This document shows positions 45,162 to 54,568 of a DNA stretch of 64,000 nucleotides, piece by piece (the stretch's first letter is position 1; each line of letters opens with the position of its first letter). Both the position numbers and the translations under genes were made by a program. The notes under the pieces are model-generated. The model was given only the letters and a program-made list of their open reading frames with translations, made no database searches and was not told where the DNA came from. This stretch comes from Desulfocapsaceae bacterium (GTDB taxonomy: Bacteria > Desulfobacterota > Desulfobulbia > Desulfobulbales > Desulfocapsaceae): the NCBI GenBank assembly GCA_050291935.1, contig JBNKKR010000004.1, positions 3,206 to 67,205 of the forward strand, in the 5' to 3' direction.

Positions 45162-47504
45162 TTATATGGGGTTCTGTTTTTCTATCTTATTGATCCGTTG
45201 CTGTATCCTTATGTTTCTGGGGTCCAGGAAAAGTGCCTGCTTATACTCTTCCAATGCGCGATAATTGATTCCTTGTTTGCGGTAGTAGTCCCCCAAAGAG
45301 ATATGAAAGGAAGGATAGTCGGGTGATGCTTCTATTCCGCGTCTAAGAATCTCAATGGCTTCCTCTTCTTTTTTGTGTCTTTTATAGAATGAATAGATTT
45401 GATTAAAAAAATGTGGTTTGACAGTTTCTTCCTGATCCAAAAAGTCCAAGGCGTGGAGTCTGAAAAATTCTGCATCTTCAAGTTTTCCCATTTTCTCCAA
45501 AAAATGACCGGTTTGAATCCAGGGTGAGGCTTTACGTGGGAGTAATGAAGCTATTGATTCTTTCGTATAATCGCTACTTAAAAGAAAAAGAGGAAGGGCC
45601 TTCGCCAGGTTAGGATAAAGTTTTATCCCTTGTTGCAGCGCCTTTGCGGCCTGTTTTGGTTTACGCTGTTGGAGAAGCCATTCGATCCAGGAGAAAATGA
45701 GCTCTTCTTTGTTTTGGCTACGAAGATATCCCTCTTCCATAAGAGTATTTGCAAGACGAATCTTTTGTGGCGGAAGTGAAAGGGCAAGCCGTTGTAAGTA
45801 TGCACCTTCGTTAGGGTTTTTCATTGATGCTTTACTGTATGCTCTTAGTGCATCATCACCTTGTTTCCTCGCTGAAAAAAGGCCTCCTTTATAGAAATAA
45901 TAGTAACCTTCCAAAGGATCATATTCTATTGCCTGGTCAATGGTTTTATGGAGCCTGGTAAACAGCGCAGTGGAAAGTTTAGGGGAAACATAGACTTGTT
46001 CTGCCTGGTGTTGTAGCTTTTTGGCCTTAATAACGCCGTTTTGAACAAAAAAAGTGAGAAAAAAGAGTGGGAGAGTGAGAAAACAGATAGTGCGTAGTGT
46101 TGCTGAACCTGTTCGTAACAGTGTTGGGCGTGATCTGAAATGAAGGCGGGTATTGCCTGCGGAAACAAGCAGACCGCAGAGGAAGAAAAAATAGAGGCCA
46201 TTGGCGCCATTATGCATATTAAAGTCGGTAATACTGTGCAAAAGTATCGAGAAGAGGGCTGTTATCCCGGCGATTGAGAGTAAAATCGAATAGGTGTCTC
46301 GCCTCTTTTGCAACATATTGATACCGTTTCGGAAAATTGCTAATACAAACCATGCTGCAAGACTAAAACCAATTAACCCACCGTCGGTGAGTAGTTCTAT
46401 ATAATCGTTGTGGGCATGATCAAACAGTGCACTTGAGGGAATAGTTGAGTAGCGGGGAAATGCATGGGTGAAGGTTGCAAAACCGGATCCGGTAAAGAAA
46501 TAATCATGGATCATGGGTGCACAATCCTGCCAAATAAAAAGTCTTCCATTTTGAATTTCGCCTGTTGCAGAGACCACACTATTAAAGCGGCTTAAAATGG
46601 GGTCCCATCCCATCCATCCTACAGCTAAAAAAACAATGGCCATGGCCAGGAAGAAAACACCTCCTTTGGATTTGCTGCTTTTTTGTCTCAGCAGCAGAAA
46701 AAAGAGGAGTAAACCAAGGTTGATGGCGATGGTACCACCGCGAGAGAGGGTGACAAATACGGAACAAAGAATAAGGATTGCACCAAAGCCAAGTAAAAAA
46801 TAAAAATTAGACCCTGAGGTTGACAAAAAAGCGGCCATGCGTGCACGAAAGGCAAGTTTTTTGTCAACTTTGGGTCGATGGTAAAAAAAGAGGGCAAGTA
46901 CCAGCGGAAAGACAAGTTCCATAAAACCGGCATAATGGTTTCGATAGACCCACGGCCCGCCAGGGCTTGCATCTTGGGGAGCAGGTCTTAGCCAGTAGAT
47001 GATAGTATCGGAAGTAAATTTTTGCAAAATTGCCAAAAAGGCGATACCAATAGCCAGATACACAACAACATGCACTGTTTTGAGAAGTCTGTCCTTTTTG
47101 CTCAACAGTTGGACGGTAAGGATATAGAAACTTGTGTAACAGCTAATACGAATAAACTCAAGGAGTGTTGCTTTCTGGTTTACAGTGAGAGGGATCCAGC
47201 TCTTTGTTTCTTGAAGATCAAGAATAGGGGCGTACGTCTTATATATCTGTGGGGCTATAAAATTAACAAAATTTGCAGGAAGAGGGATAAGCTGCAGGAA
47301 AATAAAACAAACGAGTAAGAGAAGGGGGACTATACCAGGAGTTGCGAAGAACGCACCTGAACGCTTTTTAGGGAAGACCAAGAAAAATAAACTGCTGAAA
47401 ACAAGTAGCTCAACAATCGCAATTGACCACGTTTCCACACTGCCAAATGCCAAAGGAGCAAAAATCAGGCAAATTACAAAGAGTGGAAAAGAAAGTTTTC
47501 GCAT
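45162..47504 (-). CDS. O-antigen ligase/polymerase family (Wzy_C) membrane protein fused to a C-terminal TPR domain
   Basis: 780 aa and multi-TM, with HAHNDYIELLTDGGLIGF (Wzy_C motif). The last ~280 aa are soluble TPR-like repeats (...ALRAYSKASMKNPNEGAY..., ...ALEEYKQALFLDPRN...). Confidence 0.75.
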   Translation of the reverse strand: MRKLSFPLFVICLIFAPLAFGSVETWSIAIVELLVFSSLFFLVFPKKRSGAFFATPGIVPLLLLVCFIFLQLIPLPANFVNFIAPQIYKTYAPILDLQETKSWIPLTVNQKATLLEFIRISCYTSFYILTVQLLSKKDRLLKTVHVVVYLAIGIAFLAILQKFTSDTIIYWLRPAPQDASPGGPWVYRNHYAGFMELVFPLVLALFFYHRPKVDKKLAFRARMAAFLSTSGSNFYFLLGFGAILILCSVFVTLSRGGTIAINLGLLLFFLLLRQKSSKSKGGVFFLAMAIVFLAVGWMGWDPILSRFNSVVSATGEIQNGRLFIWQDCAPMIHDYFFTGSGFATFTHAFPRYSTIPSSALFDHAHNDYIELLTDGGLIGFSLAAWFVLAIFRNGINMLQKRRDTYSILLSIAGITALFSILLHSITDFNMHNGANGLYFFFLCGLLVSAGNTRLHFRSRPTLLRTGSATLRTICFLTLPLFFLTFFVQNGVIKAKKLQHQAEQVYVSPKLSTALFTRLHKTIDQAIEYDPLEGYYYFYKGGLFSARKQGDDALRAYSKASMKNPNEGAYLQRLALSLPPQKIRLANTLMEEGYLRSQNKEELIFSWIEWLLQQRKPKQAAKALQQGIKLYPNLAKALPLFLLSSDYTKESIASLLPRKASPWIQTGHFLEKMGKLEDAEFFRLHALDFLDQEETVKPHFFNQIYSFYKRHKKEEEAIEILRRGIEASPDYPSFHISLGDYYRKQGINYRALEEYKQALFLDPRNIRIQQRINKIEKQNPI

Positions 47505-47509
47505 AAAGT

Positions 47510-49762
47510 CTATTTGTCTTTGTAAGTATCTATGTCAATTTCATCTTTTTGATAATAATCGTAATAGCCATAGTAGCCTGAAGTTGCTCTACCTTGTTGC
47601 TTAATACCATTAACCACAACACCAAGAATGTTTGCGTGAATTTCACGAAATTTTCTTAGTCCGGAATCTATGGACTCGTAAGTCGTGAAACCACTACGAA
47701 CGACAAGGAGGGTTCCGTCTACTAATTTGCTAAGTGTAAGACTATCTGTTACTCGCTGCACAGGTGGAGAGTCAAGGAGCACATAGTCAAAACGTTTTGC
47801 CATCTCATTGACAAGGGTTTTCATCCTTTCAGAGTTGAGTAGTTCCGCAGGGTTAGGAGGAATGGTGCCCGCAGTAATAAGATAGACTCCATTTTCTTTT
47901 ATCGTTTTGACAAGTTCTTTCGTCCTGCCCCCGGTGAGATAGTTGCTCAAACCGCTGGTATTAGGAATAGCTGCAACACGATGCATACGTGGGCGCCGCA
48001 TATCACAACCGATAATCAGTACCTTTTTTCCATTTTGCGCTAGAATATGAGCAAGATTGCTGGTTGTTGTTGTCTTGCCCTCTTTAGGTGAAAGGCTGGT
48101 TATCAAAAGTGTGCGTGGTGGATTATCTGGAGTGGAGAGTAAAAGTCCGGATTGGATTAGACGATAACTTTCCGCCATGGGTGAGAGTAAGTTAGCTGGA
48201 AGCCAAGTGTCAAGATGTTCACCTTCTTGTCCTTTAAATTCACCGACAGATCCAAGTACAGTAAGCCCAAATTTTTGTTCAAGTTCTTTGCCATCTTTGA
48301 CGCTGTTATCAAGATATTCAATAAAAAAAGCGAGTCCAATACCTCCAAAGAGCCCTAAAATAAGCCCAAGCAATAGATTACGTTTTTTCTGTGGTTTTGA
48401 AGGAGCGCCTGGTAAAGAAGCCTTCTTTACTACCCAGATATTTATATCATGGGATTGTTCTGTGACAGAGGCCTTTTTTATGCTTGCAGAAAGTGCATCG
48501 TAGAGGACACGAGAAGTATCGACCTCTCTTTTCATTATCGAGTATTGAGTGAAACGTTCATTCACATTCAGCATTTCTTTTTTGGTTTTTGCAAGAAGCT
48601 GAGTGAGGTTTTGTTCCTTTGATTTGGTGAGTTCGTATGAGTTGCGAGTGGCTTCAATAATTCTGTTTACTTCGAATTTTTTTTCCTTTAAGAGTAAAGC
48701 GCGCTCAGCCTTGGCATTGATCATCACAGGGTGTTTGGGCCCATATTTTTTCGAGAGATCCTTTATTTTTTGTTCAACCTGATAGAGTTTTTCCCGGAGT
48801 CCTTGCAAGACCTTATTGTCTGCAAAAAGGGGAATCATTTCAACATTATCGTAATTTTCACCCAGTCTTTTTATCTGTGTGTATAGTGCTTCGTAATCCT
48901 TGAGTTCGGTTTGGGCTCTGGAGAGTTGGGAGCTGAATTCTGCAAGTTGTTGCGGATAAATGGCCAGTTTATTTTCAACCGTTACCAGGTCATTTTCACG
49001 AACATATTTTTGTAGCGCAATTTCAGATCCTTCCAGTTTCTTTCGTTCTTCATTTGCTTTTGCCGTCATCCATTGGAGGGAATAGTTACTGTTAGAGAGC
49101 TTGATTTCTAAAATTTCATCTATATAGGCCTGGACGATGGCATTGGCAATAAGTTTTGCCATGGCTGGATTTTTGTTACTGTAAGCGATATGGACCGTCT
49201 TGGTATTAGCCACAGGTTTTATGGTGAGTGCGCCCTTAATCTTATTGGCTATGATATCCGCATCTGATAGTGGCTCTGCTGCTGTACTTAATAGGTCTTC
49301 AGTATCAGAAATGTTATTTGTTCCACTATTGTTATCAGAATTAATTAAGCCTGCAAAAAAGTCTTTTATGGACCCTCGAAGACCGGTGAAAAATGTGAAA
49401 AGCCCATCTTTTTTTTCTGCAAAAAAATAACGTCTATATTTGGTATCAAGGTCTAAGGCTTTAACCACATTGTGTGCAACATTTGCAGAACGGATAAGTT
49501 CAAATTGAGTGGTGAGAAAATCTGGATCCCATCTGTAATACGAGCGCCCATCAATCCCTCCAGATTCATTTCGCTCTATCAAGACTTGTGATGAAGCGGT
49601 GTAATACGGTGTTGCGGTGTAGGTTGCTATCAGAACGGTAAAAAAGGTTATGGCGAGAAAGGTGAAAACGGTGGTTTTTCGTTTAACAATGACCTGCCAA
49701 TAATCACGGAGGTGAATTTCTTCCTCCTGTAGGTCGTGTGCATATAAATCGTTACGTGTCAT
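47510..49762 (-). CDS. polysaccharide co-polymerase (Wzz/GumC) fused to a BY-kinase tyrosine autokinase
   Basis: Wzz N-domain, coiled-coil region, second TM, Walker A SPKEGKTTTTSNLA, Walker B VLLDSPP and a Tyr-rich tail SGYYGYYDYYQKD. The ATG at 49762 (MTRNDLY), 1 nt after the upstream stop, is preferred over the tracked 49786. Confidence 0.85.
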   Translation of the reverse strand: MTRNDLYAHDLQEEEIHLRDYWQVIVKRKTTVFTFLAITFFTVLIATYTATPYYTASSQVLIERNESGGIDGRSYYRWDPDFLTTQFELIRSANVAHNVVKALDLDTKYRRYFFAEKKDGLFTFFTGLRGSIKDFFAGLINSDNNSGTNNISDTEDLLSTAAEPLSDADIIANKIKGALTIKPVANTKTVHIAYSNKNPAMAKLIANAIVQAYIDEILEIKLSNSNYSLQWMTAKANEERKKLEGSEIALQKYVRENDLVTVENKLAIYPQQLAEFSSQLSRAQTELKDYEALYTQIKRLGENYDNVEMIPLFADNKVLQGLREKLYQVEQKIKDLSKKYGPKHPVMINAKAERALLLKEKKFEVNRIIEATRNSYELTKSKEQNLTQLLAKTKKEMLNVNERFTQYSIMKREVDTSRVLYDALSASIKKASVTEQSHDINIWVVKKASLPGAPSKPQKKRNLLLGLILGLFGGIGLAFFIEYLDNSVKDGKELEQKFGLTVLGSVGEFKGQEGEHLDTWLPANLLSPMAESYRLIQSGLLLSTPDNPPRTLLITSLSPKEGKTTTTSNLAHILAQNGKKVLIIGCDMRRPRMHRVAAIPNTSGLSNYLTGGRTKELVKTIKENGVYLITAGTIPPNPAELLNSERMKTLVNEMAKRFDYVLLDSPPVQRVTDSLTLSKLVDGTLLVVRSGFTTYESIDSGLRKFREIHANILGVVVNGIKQQGRATSGYYGYYDYYQKDEIDIDTYKDK

Positions 49763-49763
49763 A

Positions 49764-50564
49764 TTAGAAAAAGCTCTCAGGAACAACTATAATATCATTG
49801 GCCTGTAATGGTGTATGTAGATCAACATCTTTGTAAATAGTTTTTTCCCCATCGACCAATCGTACAATACGGACGCCGGATTTCGAAGCCTTTCCCGTAA
49901 AGCCTCCTGAACGTGCTATAAGTTTTAATACAGTGCTCTCCTTATCGCAGGAATATGCATCAGGGTTTTTTACCTCGCCGGTAACATAGCACATGCCACC
50001 TTTAGCTATATAAATGGTGTCGCCATCATTAATAAGTACATTGTGACTAAGATCTCCACCTTCAACCAAGGATTTAATATCTACTACTATAACTTCCTGC
50101 TTTTTCCCTTTTGCACGTTTAATGGTTGCAACATCGCCTGCTGCTTCCTTTAAGCCGCCTGCACTTGAGATTGCCTCAAGAAATGTGGTTGATCCTCTAA
50201 TTTCCACAATGCCAGGTCTATAGACTTGGCCAAGAATTACCGCTTTTTTACTGCGATAATCTTCTATAAAAATATTGACTTGGGGGTTGACAAGGTATCC
50301 ATCGGCTAAAAGTCTGGTCAGTTTTTCCGTTACTTCTGATACTTTAAGACCTGTTACTTCAACCTGGCCAATAAGAGGCATAACGATGGTTCCACCGTCG
50401 GTCACCCGGACAGTTGTTTGTAAATCCGGATTGTCGTACACATCAATTTTTAAAACGTCACCAGTGCCAACATAATATTCATCGCTATGACAAACGAAGG
50501 GCAAGAAGAGAAAAGAAAAAAAGAGAGCAACAAACAAGGAATGTGAAAAACGTACAGCAGACAT
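49764..50564 (-). CDS. polysaccharide export protein (Wza-like; Poly_export plus SLBB)
   Basis: Signal peptide. YYVGTGDVLKIDVYDNPDL (Poly_export motif) and SLBB-like repeats. Confidence 0.85.
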   Translation of the reverse strand: MSAVRFSHSLFVALFFSFLFLPFVCHSDEYYVGTGDVLKIDVYDNPDLQTTVRVTDGGTIVMPLIGQVEVTGLKVSEVTEKLTRLLADGYLVNPQVNIFIEDYRSKKAVILGQVYRPGIVEIRGSTTFLEAISSAGGLKEAAGDVATIKRAKGKKQEVIVVDIKSLVEGGDLSHNVLINDGDTIYIAKGGMCYVTGEVKNPDAYSCDKESTVLKLIARSGGFTGKASKSGVRIVRLVDGEKTIYKDVDLHTPLQANDIIVVPESFF

Positions 50565-50721
50565 GAGCAGATATTTCCTTTTAGTAGCCTGGGCAGTAAA
50601 AAAAGTAACTTGCCGAACAAATTATCGGAAGAGAGCAACAAACCGATAATAGTACCCTATCAGACTTTTTTTATAATATTAAAGAAAAAAGTCTGTAGGT
50701 TACCAAAAAAATATCAGCTGT

Positions 50722-52122
50722 TTAAAGAGCGCCGTTTAAAGATATGGAAAAGATGTTGGTTGTGTAGTTGTAAAAGTCGTCTGTGGAGTCCCTCATATCA
50801 TAGGTATAACCAAGTTCTGCCATAAGCCAGTCTTTCATGATGTATTGAAGGGCAGGTCGAAAAACAAACCGGTCATCTTCGCGGCTGTTGTCGACAGTTT
50901 CAACATAGGAATAGTCGGCGTTTTCATATCGAAAATCACACATTCCAATAAAATCCTCAAAAAATTCCTGCTCATAATGAACATTTCCTGCAAGTACCTG
51001 CTTGTCGATGGCATCCCAGGAATCTGTCTCTTCAATGCTATTGTTAACGGAGACGATCAGCTTGGTTTTTTCTGAGAAGTAGTAGTCTAGAGCAGCCTCC
51101 ATGGCCCAGGAATCATTTGAAGCATCTTCAGAGCTTGCCACAAGATTATTCATTACCTGATACTTGAAATCTCGCTGTTGATAACCTAATTTAAAACGAA
51201 GAGCAGTTTTATCCGTGGTAATCCATTCAATACCACCCATCAGAAAGTTATGCTCAGAATCACCCAAGTCATCTTCGTCATAAGCCACGTCGACATAACG
51301 ATATTCAACCAAAAAGGAAGTTTTTAGGCTGAACTTGTAATATCCATAGAGTGAAACTGCATTATCAACTCGGTTGAGCCAACTATCCTCATCTTCATCG
51401 TAATTAAGAAGAAAATTGGAAAACTCAACTTTGGCTCGCAACTTCTCAGTAAATTCCCAATCCGCGTCTGCAACAGCGAGGTTTGAATGATAACGTCTAT
51501 TTTCTTCTGCAGCATCGTTCTCGATATCAAATCGATCTTGATTTCTGTTGTAGCTGTCAACAATTTGGAAAGACAACCCAGTTCGAAAATTCAATTTGAA
51601 CAATCCCTCTAGGCGGGCATCAAAATCGTTGAGATCTGAATCACTTGAATACATCTTATAGGCAATCCCGCCTAAGAGGTAAATATTCATTCTATCAAAG
51701 GTGGTGAAATCATCTAAGGCGCTTTGCAGACCACCAGCCGAAGTATTGTTGGGGGCAATGGCGAGAGGAATCTGCTTTCTACTTGGTAGAGCCAGCCATA
51801 TGCCAGGGCTGATGGTGGTAAGAAAGTTTTCGGTCTCATCAGTATCAACATTATAGAGATTGTCTGTCCATTCTCCTGCAATGGAAATATAAGGGTGAAA
51901 ATAGCCACCTCCCTCAGTTCCAAATAAATCGCCTTCATCATAAGTATCATCTTCTGGGAGAAGGGAAGGCACACCTTCTTCTGTTTGTCCCATGGGCATG
52001 TCGGGACTTGATTCAACCACATCTAATCCCTGGACAACCAGATCTTGAGCTTGTCCAAAATCAGCTAAAAAAAATACACTTACGAGGAGGACGGAGGATG
52101 CAACTCTTTGAAAGAACTTCAT
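50722..52122 (-). CDS. outer membrane beta-barrel protein (EPS/PEP-CTERM-locus associated type)
   Basis: Signal peptide MKFFQRVASSVLLVSVFFLADFGQAQ. Asp/Tyr/Asn-rich alternating beta-strand pattern over 466 aa. The family assignment is an inference from context. Confidence 0.55.
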   Translation of the reverse strand: MKFFQRVASSVLLVSVFFLADFGQAQDLVVQGLDVVESSPDMPMGQTEEGVPSLLPEDDTYDEGDLFGTEGGGYFHPYISIAGEWTDNLYNVDTDETENFLTTISPGIWLALPSRKQIPLAIAPNNTSAGGLQSALDDFTTFDRMNIYLLGGIAYKMYSSDSDLNDFDARLEGLFKLNFRTGLSFQIVDSYNRNQDRFDIENDAAEENRRYHSNLAVADADWEFTEKLRAKVEFSNFLLNYDEDEDSWLNRVDNAVSLYGYYKFSLKTSFLVEYRYVDVAYDEDDLGDSEHNFLMGGIEWITTDKTALRFKLGYQQRDFKYQVMNNLVASSEDASNDSWAMEAALDYYFSEKTKLIVSVNNSIEETDSWDAIDKQVLAGNVHYEQEFFEDFIGMCDFRYENADYSYVETVDNSREDDRFVFRPALQYIMKDWLMAELGYTYDMRDSTDDFYNYTTNIFSISLNGAL

Positions 52123-52197
52123 AAGCTTATGGGATGGTAGAATGAAACAACGAAACTAACCGTGTACTGTGGCCACAGTACACGGTCAGGGAAAATT

Positions 52198-52632
52198 TTA
52201 ATTAAAGGTTGATGGGCTGGCAGTCCTTACGTTCGTGGCAGGAGCTGGAATCCCAGCAAACCTTACTCCTTGTGCTACTGGAGTATATGCCTGGGAATCA
52301 GCAACTGCATCCCCACATTCTGCAACACTTTTATCAAATGCTGCCAACAAAATTAATTCCGATATTCCAGCCTGATCCGCCGCTACCTTAATATCATCAC
52401 CGGCCGCACCTGCACAATACAACGCCTTTAAAACATTCTGCGGGTTAAGACCTTCTATCTCAATGGCTCTGTTGACAATGTCCGTTGGGGTCTTCCCAAT
52501 CTCAAGTGCTTTGTCAACGGCGACCTCTATACCTTGGTTCTCAAGATTTACATCAAAATCTTCAATCCAATCAGCATAAGCGGTAGACACTAGCAACAAG
52601 CTGGAACATATGAGTATAATTAGTCGTTTCAT
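52198..52632 (-). CDS. secreted hypothetical protein
   Basis: 144 aa. Signal peptide MKRLIILICSSLLLVSTAYA. I recognised no family. Confidence 0.5.
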   Translation of the reverse strand: MKRLIILICSSLLLVSTAYADWIEDFDVNLENQGIEVAVDKALEIGKTPTDIVNRAIEIEGLNPQNVLKALYCAGAAGDDIKVAADQAGISELILLAAFDKSVAECGDAVADSQAYTPVAQGVRFAGIPAPATNVRTASPSTFN

Positions 52633-52870
52633 GACTTTCTCCTGGGAAGGAATATTATCTAACTTTGGTTTCCAATCCCATTGTAAACCATACCCTGCTT
52701 TGCGGCAATAGTTAAAATGCTTATTTTTGCGCTATATGTCGATATTTCCATTGAAAATAGTCAAAATGACTAGAGGAGCGCGCAAAAATATTGAAAACAA
52801 AACCCTGCTTACCATGCTTAACCTAATAAAACAACAATATTTTGTCTGTTTTTGATTATTATTTACTGAA

Positions 52871-54322
52871 TTAGTCTGTGAAAGAATTTAATAAATTTTT
52901 GATATAGTTTTTTTGTTGTTCGTTTTCAAAAATAAATTTATAGCCGTGAATTTTTTTTCCATCGGATTCTGAAATCCACATGTGTTCTGCAGAAAATATT
53001 TCCTCTGGTGAGATAGTGTTAGCAACGTTAGTCTCATTTATAGAAAAAGTTATTTTTGATCCAAGGGCTGTTATCTCAGGGATTTTAGCCATAAAGCCTT
53101 CACAGGATAAATTTAGTATTGTCCCTGCAAACAGTTGGGCATTGTTCTCGTCATGCCCTTGGATAGGAATTGTAACACTATTTCTCGGTAGTTTGCGAAA
53201 TAGTCTGATCCAGTCAAGAAGGTTGAATACCATTTGCAGAATGTTGACTGGTAATTTGCAACTACTGCGTTTACGTTTAAAACGCAAGGAACAGCGTATA
53301 TAGAGAGGAATATAGAATGAGAGCGTAAAATAGCCTAAAAAGTATATAACGAATATTAAAAACAATAGCCAACCAGTAAGGTGATAGATTGGCTCAAGCA
53401 AACTTAGCATTCCAAGAAATGTACTCAATACAATAATCGATTTTGTGGTAGTTTTAGTTCCAAAGCCAAAACGTAAAAAAATATGGTGCAGGTGGTGTTT
53501 GTCTGCAGTAAAAGGACTGCCACCGTGAAGTACCCTTTTCCCCATAATTGTTAATGTGTCGACGATGGGAACTGCAAGTATTAATAGTGGGGTAATGGGG
53601 CGGATTAGTGGGCTTTCTCCCTGGCTCATAGCGATGGACATAAACGCAAGGGTAAATCCGAGGCAAAGGCTTCCTGCATCTCCCATAAAAAGGCGTGCTG
53701 GATGCCAGTTAAATCGTAAAAAACCCAGGACAGCACCAGCAAAGGAGAGGTTTAAAAGCATAAAGGTTTCATTTCCTGCAAGGTATGCATGTGTTGCAAA
53801 AAGCATAAAGGCTATAAAGGAAATGCCACCTGCAAGTCCATCAATGCCATCTATTAAATTGATTGCATTAATCACTCCGCAGACACAAAAGACAGTAGTA
53901 ATCCATGAGAGCCAGACCCAGGGAACCACAATATTTCCTAACCCCAGCAAATTGCCAAAAGAGCTCAAAGTTACCTTGCTGAAATAAATGAGCAAAATAC
54001 AGGCAGCAAATTGGGCAAGAAATTTTTGGCGATGACCCATTTCTTTAAAGTCATCAAGAAATCCTATAAGCAGCAATAATGATAAACCAGAAAAAAAACC
54101 TCTTAACCCACTAAGAGGAACAAAGAGTAGGGAGGCAAAAGTTGCTGCAATCATCATCCCGATTCCACCAACTAAAGGTTTGGGGACGGTATGTACCTTG
54201 CGCTGGTTGGGTTGGTCTAGTAAGCCAATATTTTTGGCTATAATAGCAAGTTTTGGGAGAACGAAAAGTGCTCCAAAAAGTGCAATTAAAAATACTAGTA
54301 TGGTTTTCAAATTGGTATGCAT
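52871..54322 (-). CDS. WecA/MraY-family (GT4) polyprenyl-phosphate HexNAc-1-phosphate transferase with a C-terminal PilZ domain
   Basis: The N-terminal ~330 aa are multi-TM with IGFLDDF, NAINLIDGIDGLAGG and MGDAGSLCLGF motifs. The last 111 aa (52874..53206) carry RLFRKLPR (RxxxR) and, 24 residues later, NLSCEG (NxSxxG), with a beta-rich tail. These are the PilZ c-di-GMP-binding signatures. Confidence 0.8.
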   Translation of the reverse strand: MHTNLKTILVFLIALFGALFVLPKLAIIAKNIGLLDQPNQRKVHTVPKPLVGGIGMMIAATFASLLFVPLSGLRGFFSGLSLLLLIGFLDDFKEMGHRQKFLAQFAACILLIYFSKVTLSSFGNLLGLGNIVVPWVWLSWITTVFCVCGVINAINLIDGIDGLAGGISFIAFMLFATHAYLAGNETFMLLNLSFAGAVLGFLRFNWHPARLFMGDAGSLCLGFTLAFMSIAMSQGESPLIRPITPLLILAVPIVDTLTIMGKRVLHGGSPFTADKHHLHHIFLRFGFGTKTTTKSIIVLSTFLGMLSLLEPIYHLTGWLLFLIFVIYFLGYFTLSFYIPLYIRCSLRFKRKRSSCKLPVNILQMVFNLLDWIRLFRKLPRNSVTIPIQGHDENNAQLFAGTILNLSCEGFMAKIPEITALGSKITFSINETNVANTISPEEIFSAEHMWISESDGKKIHGYKFIFENEQQKNYIKNLLNSFTD

Positions 54323-54568
54323 ATATACAACATCGAGAGTTTCTAAGAAGAAAATAAGTGATATACTATATCACCTAGATGCTGCGAATAGTAGTATAAT
54401 TAGTGAAAATTGACTAGTACTCAGAAAATTATCTGGCAAAATGACCTGTCTATTGTGCTAATCGCCAAAGCCGATGGCCACTATCCTTGTCACTCATATT
54501 GTGAGTGGGCTCGGTCGAATCACAGGTCTCAAGTCTCTAAGATTGGGAAAGAGCGCCATACGTAAAAT

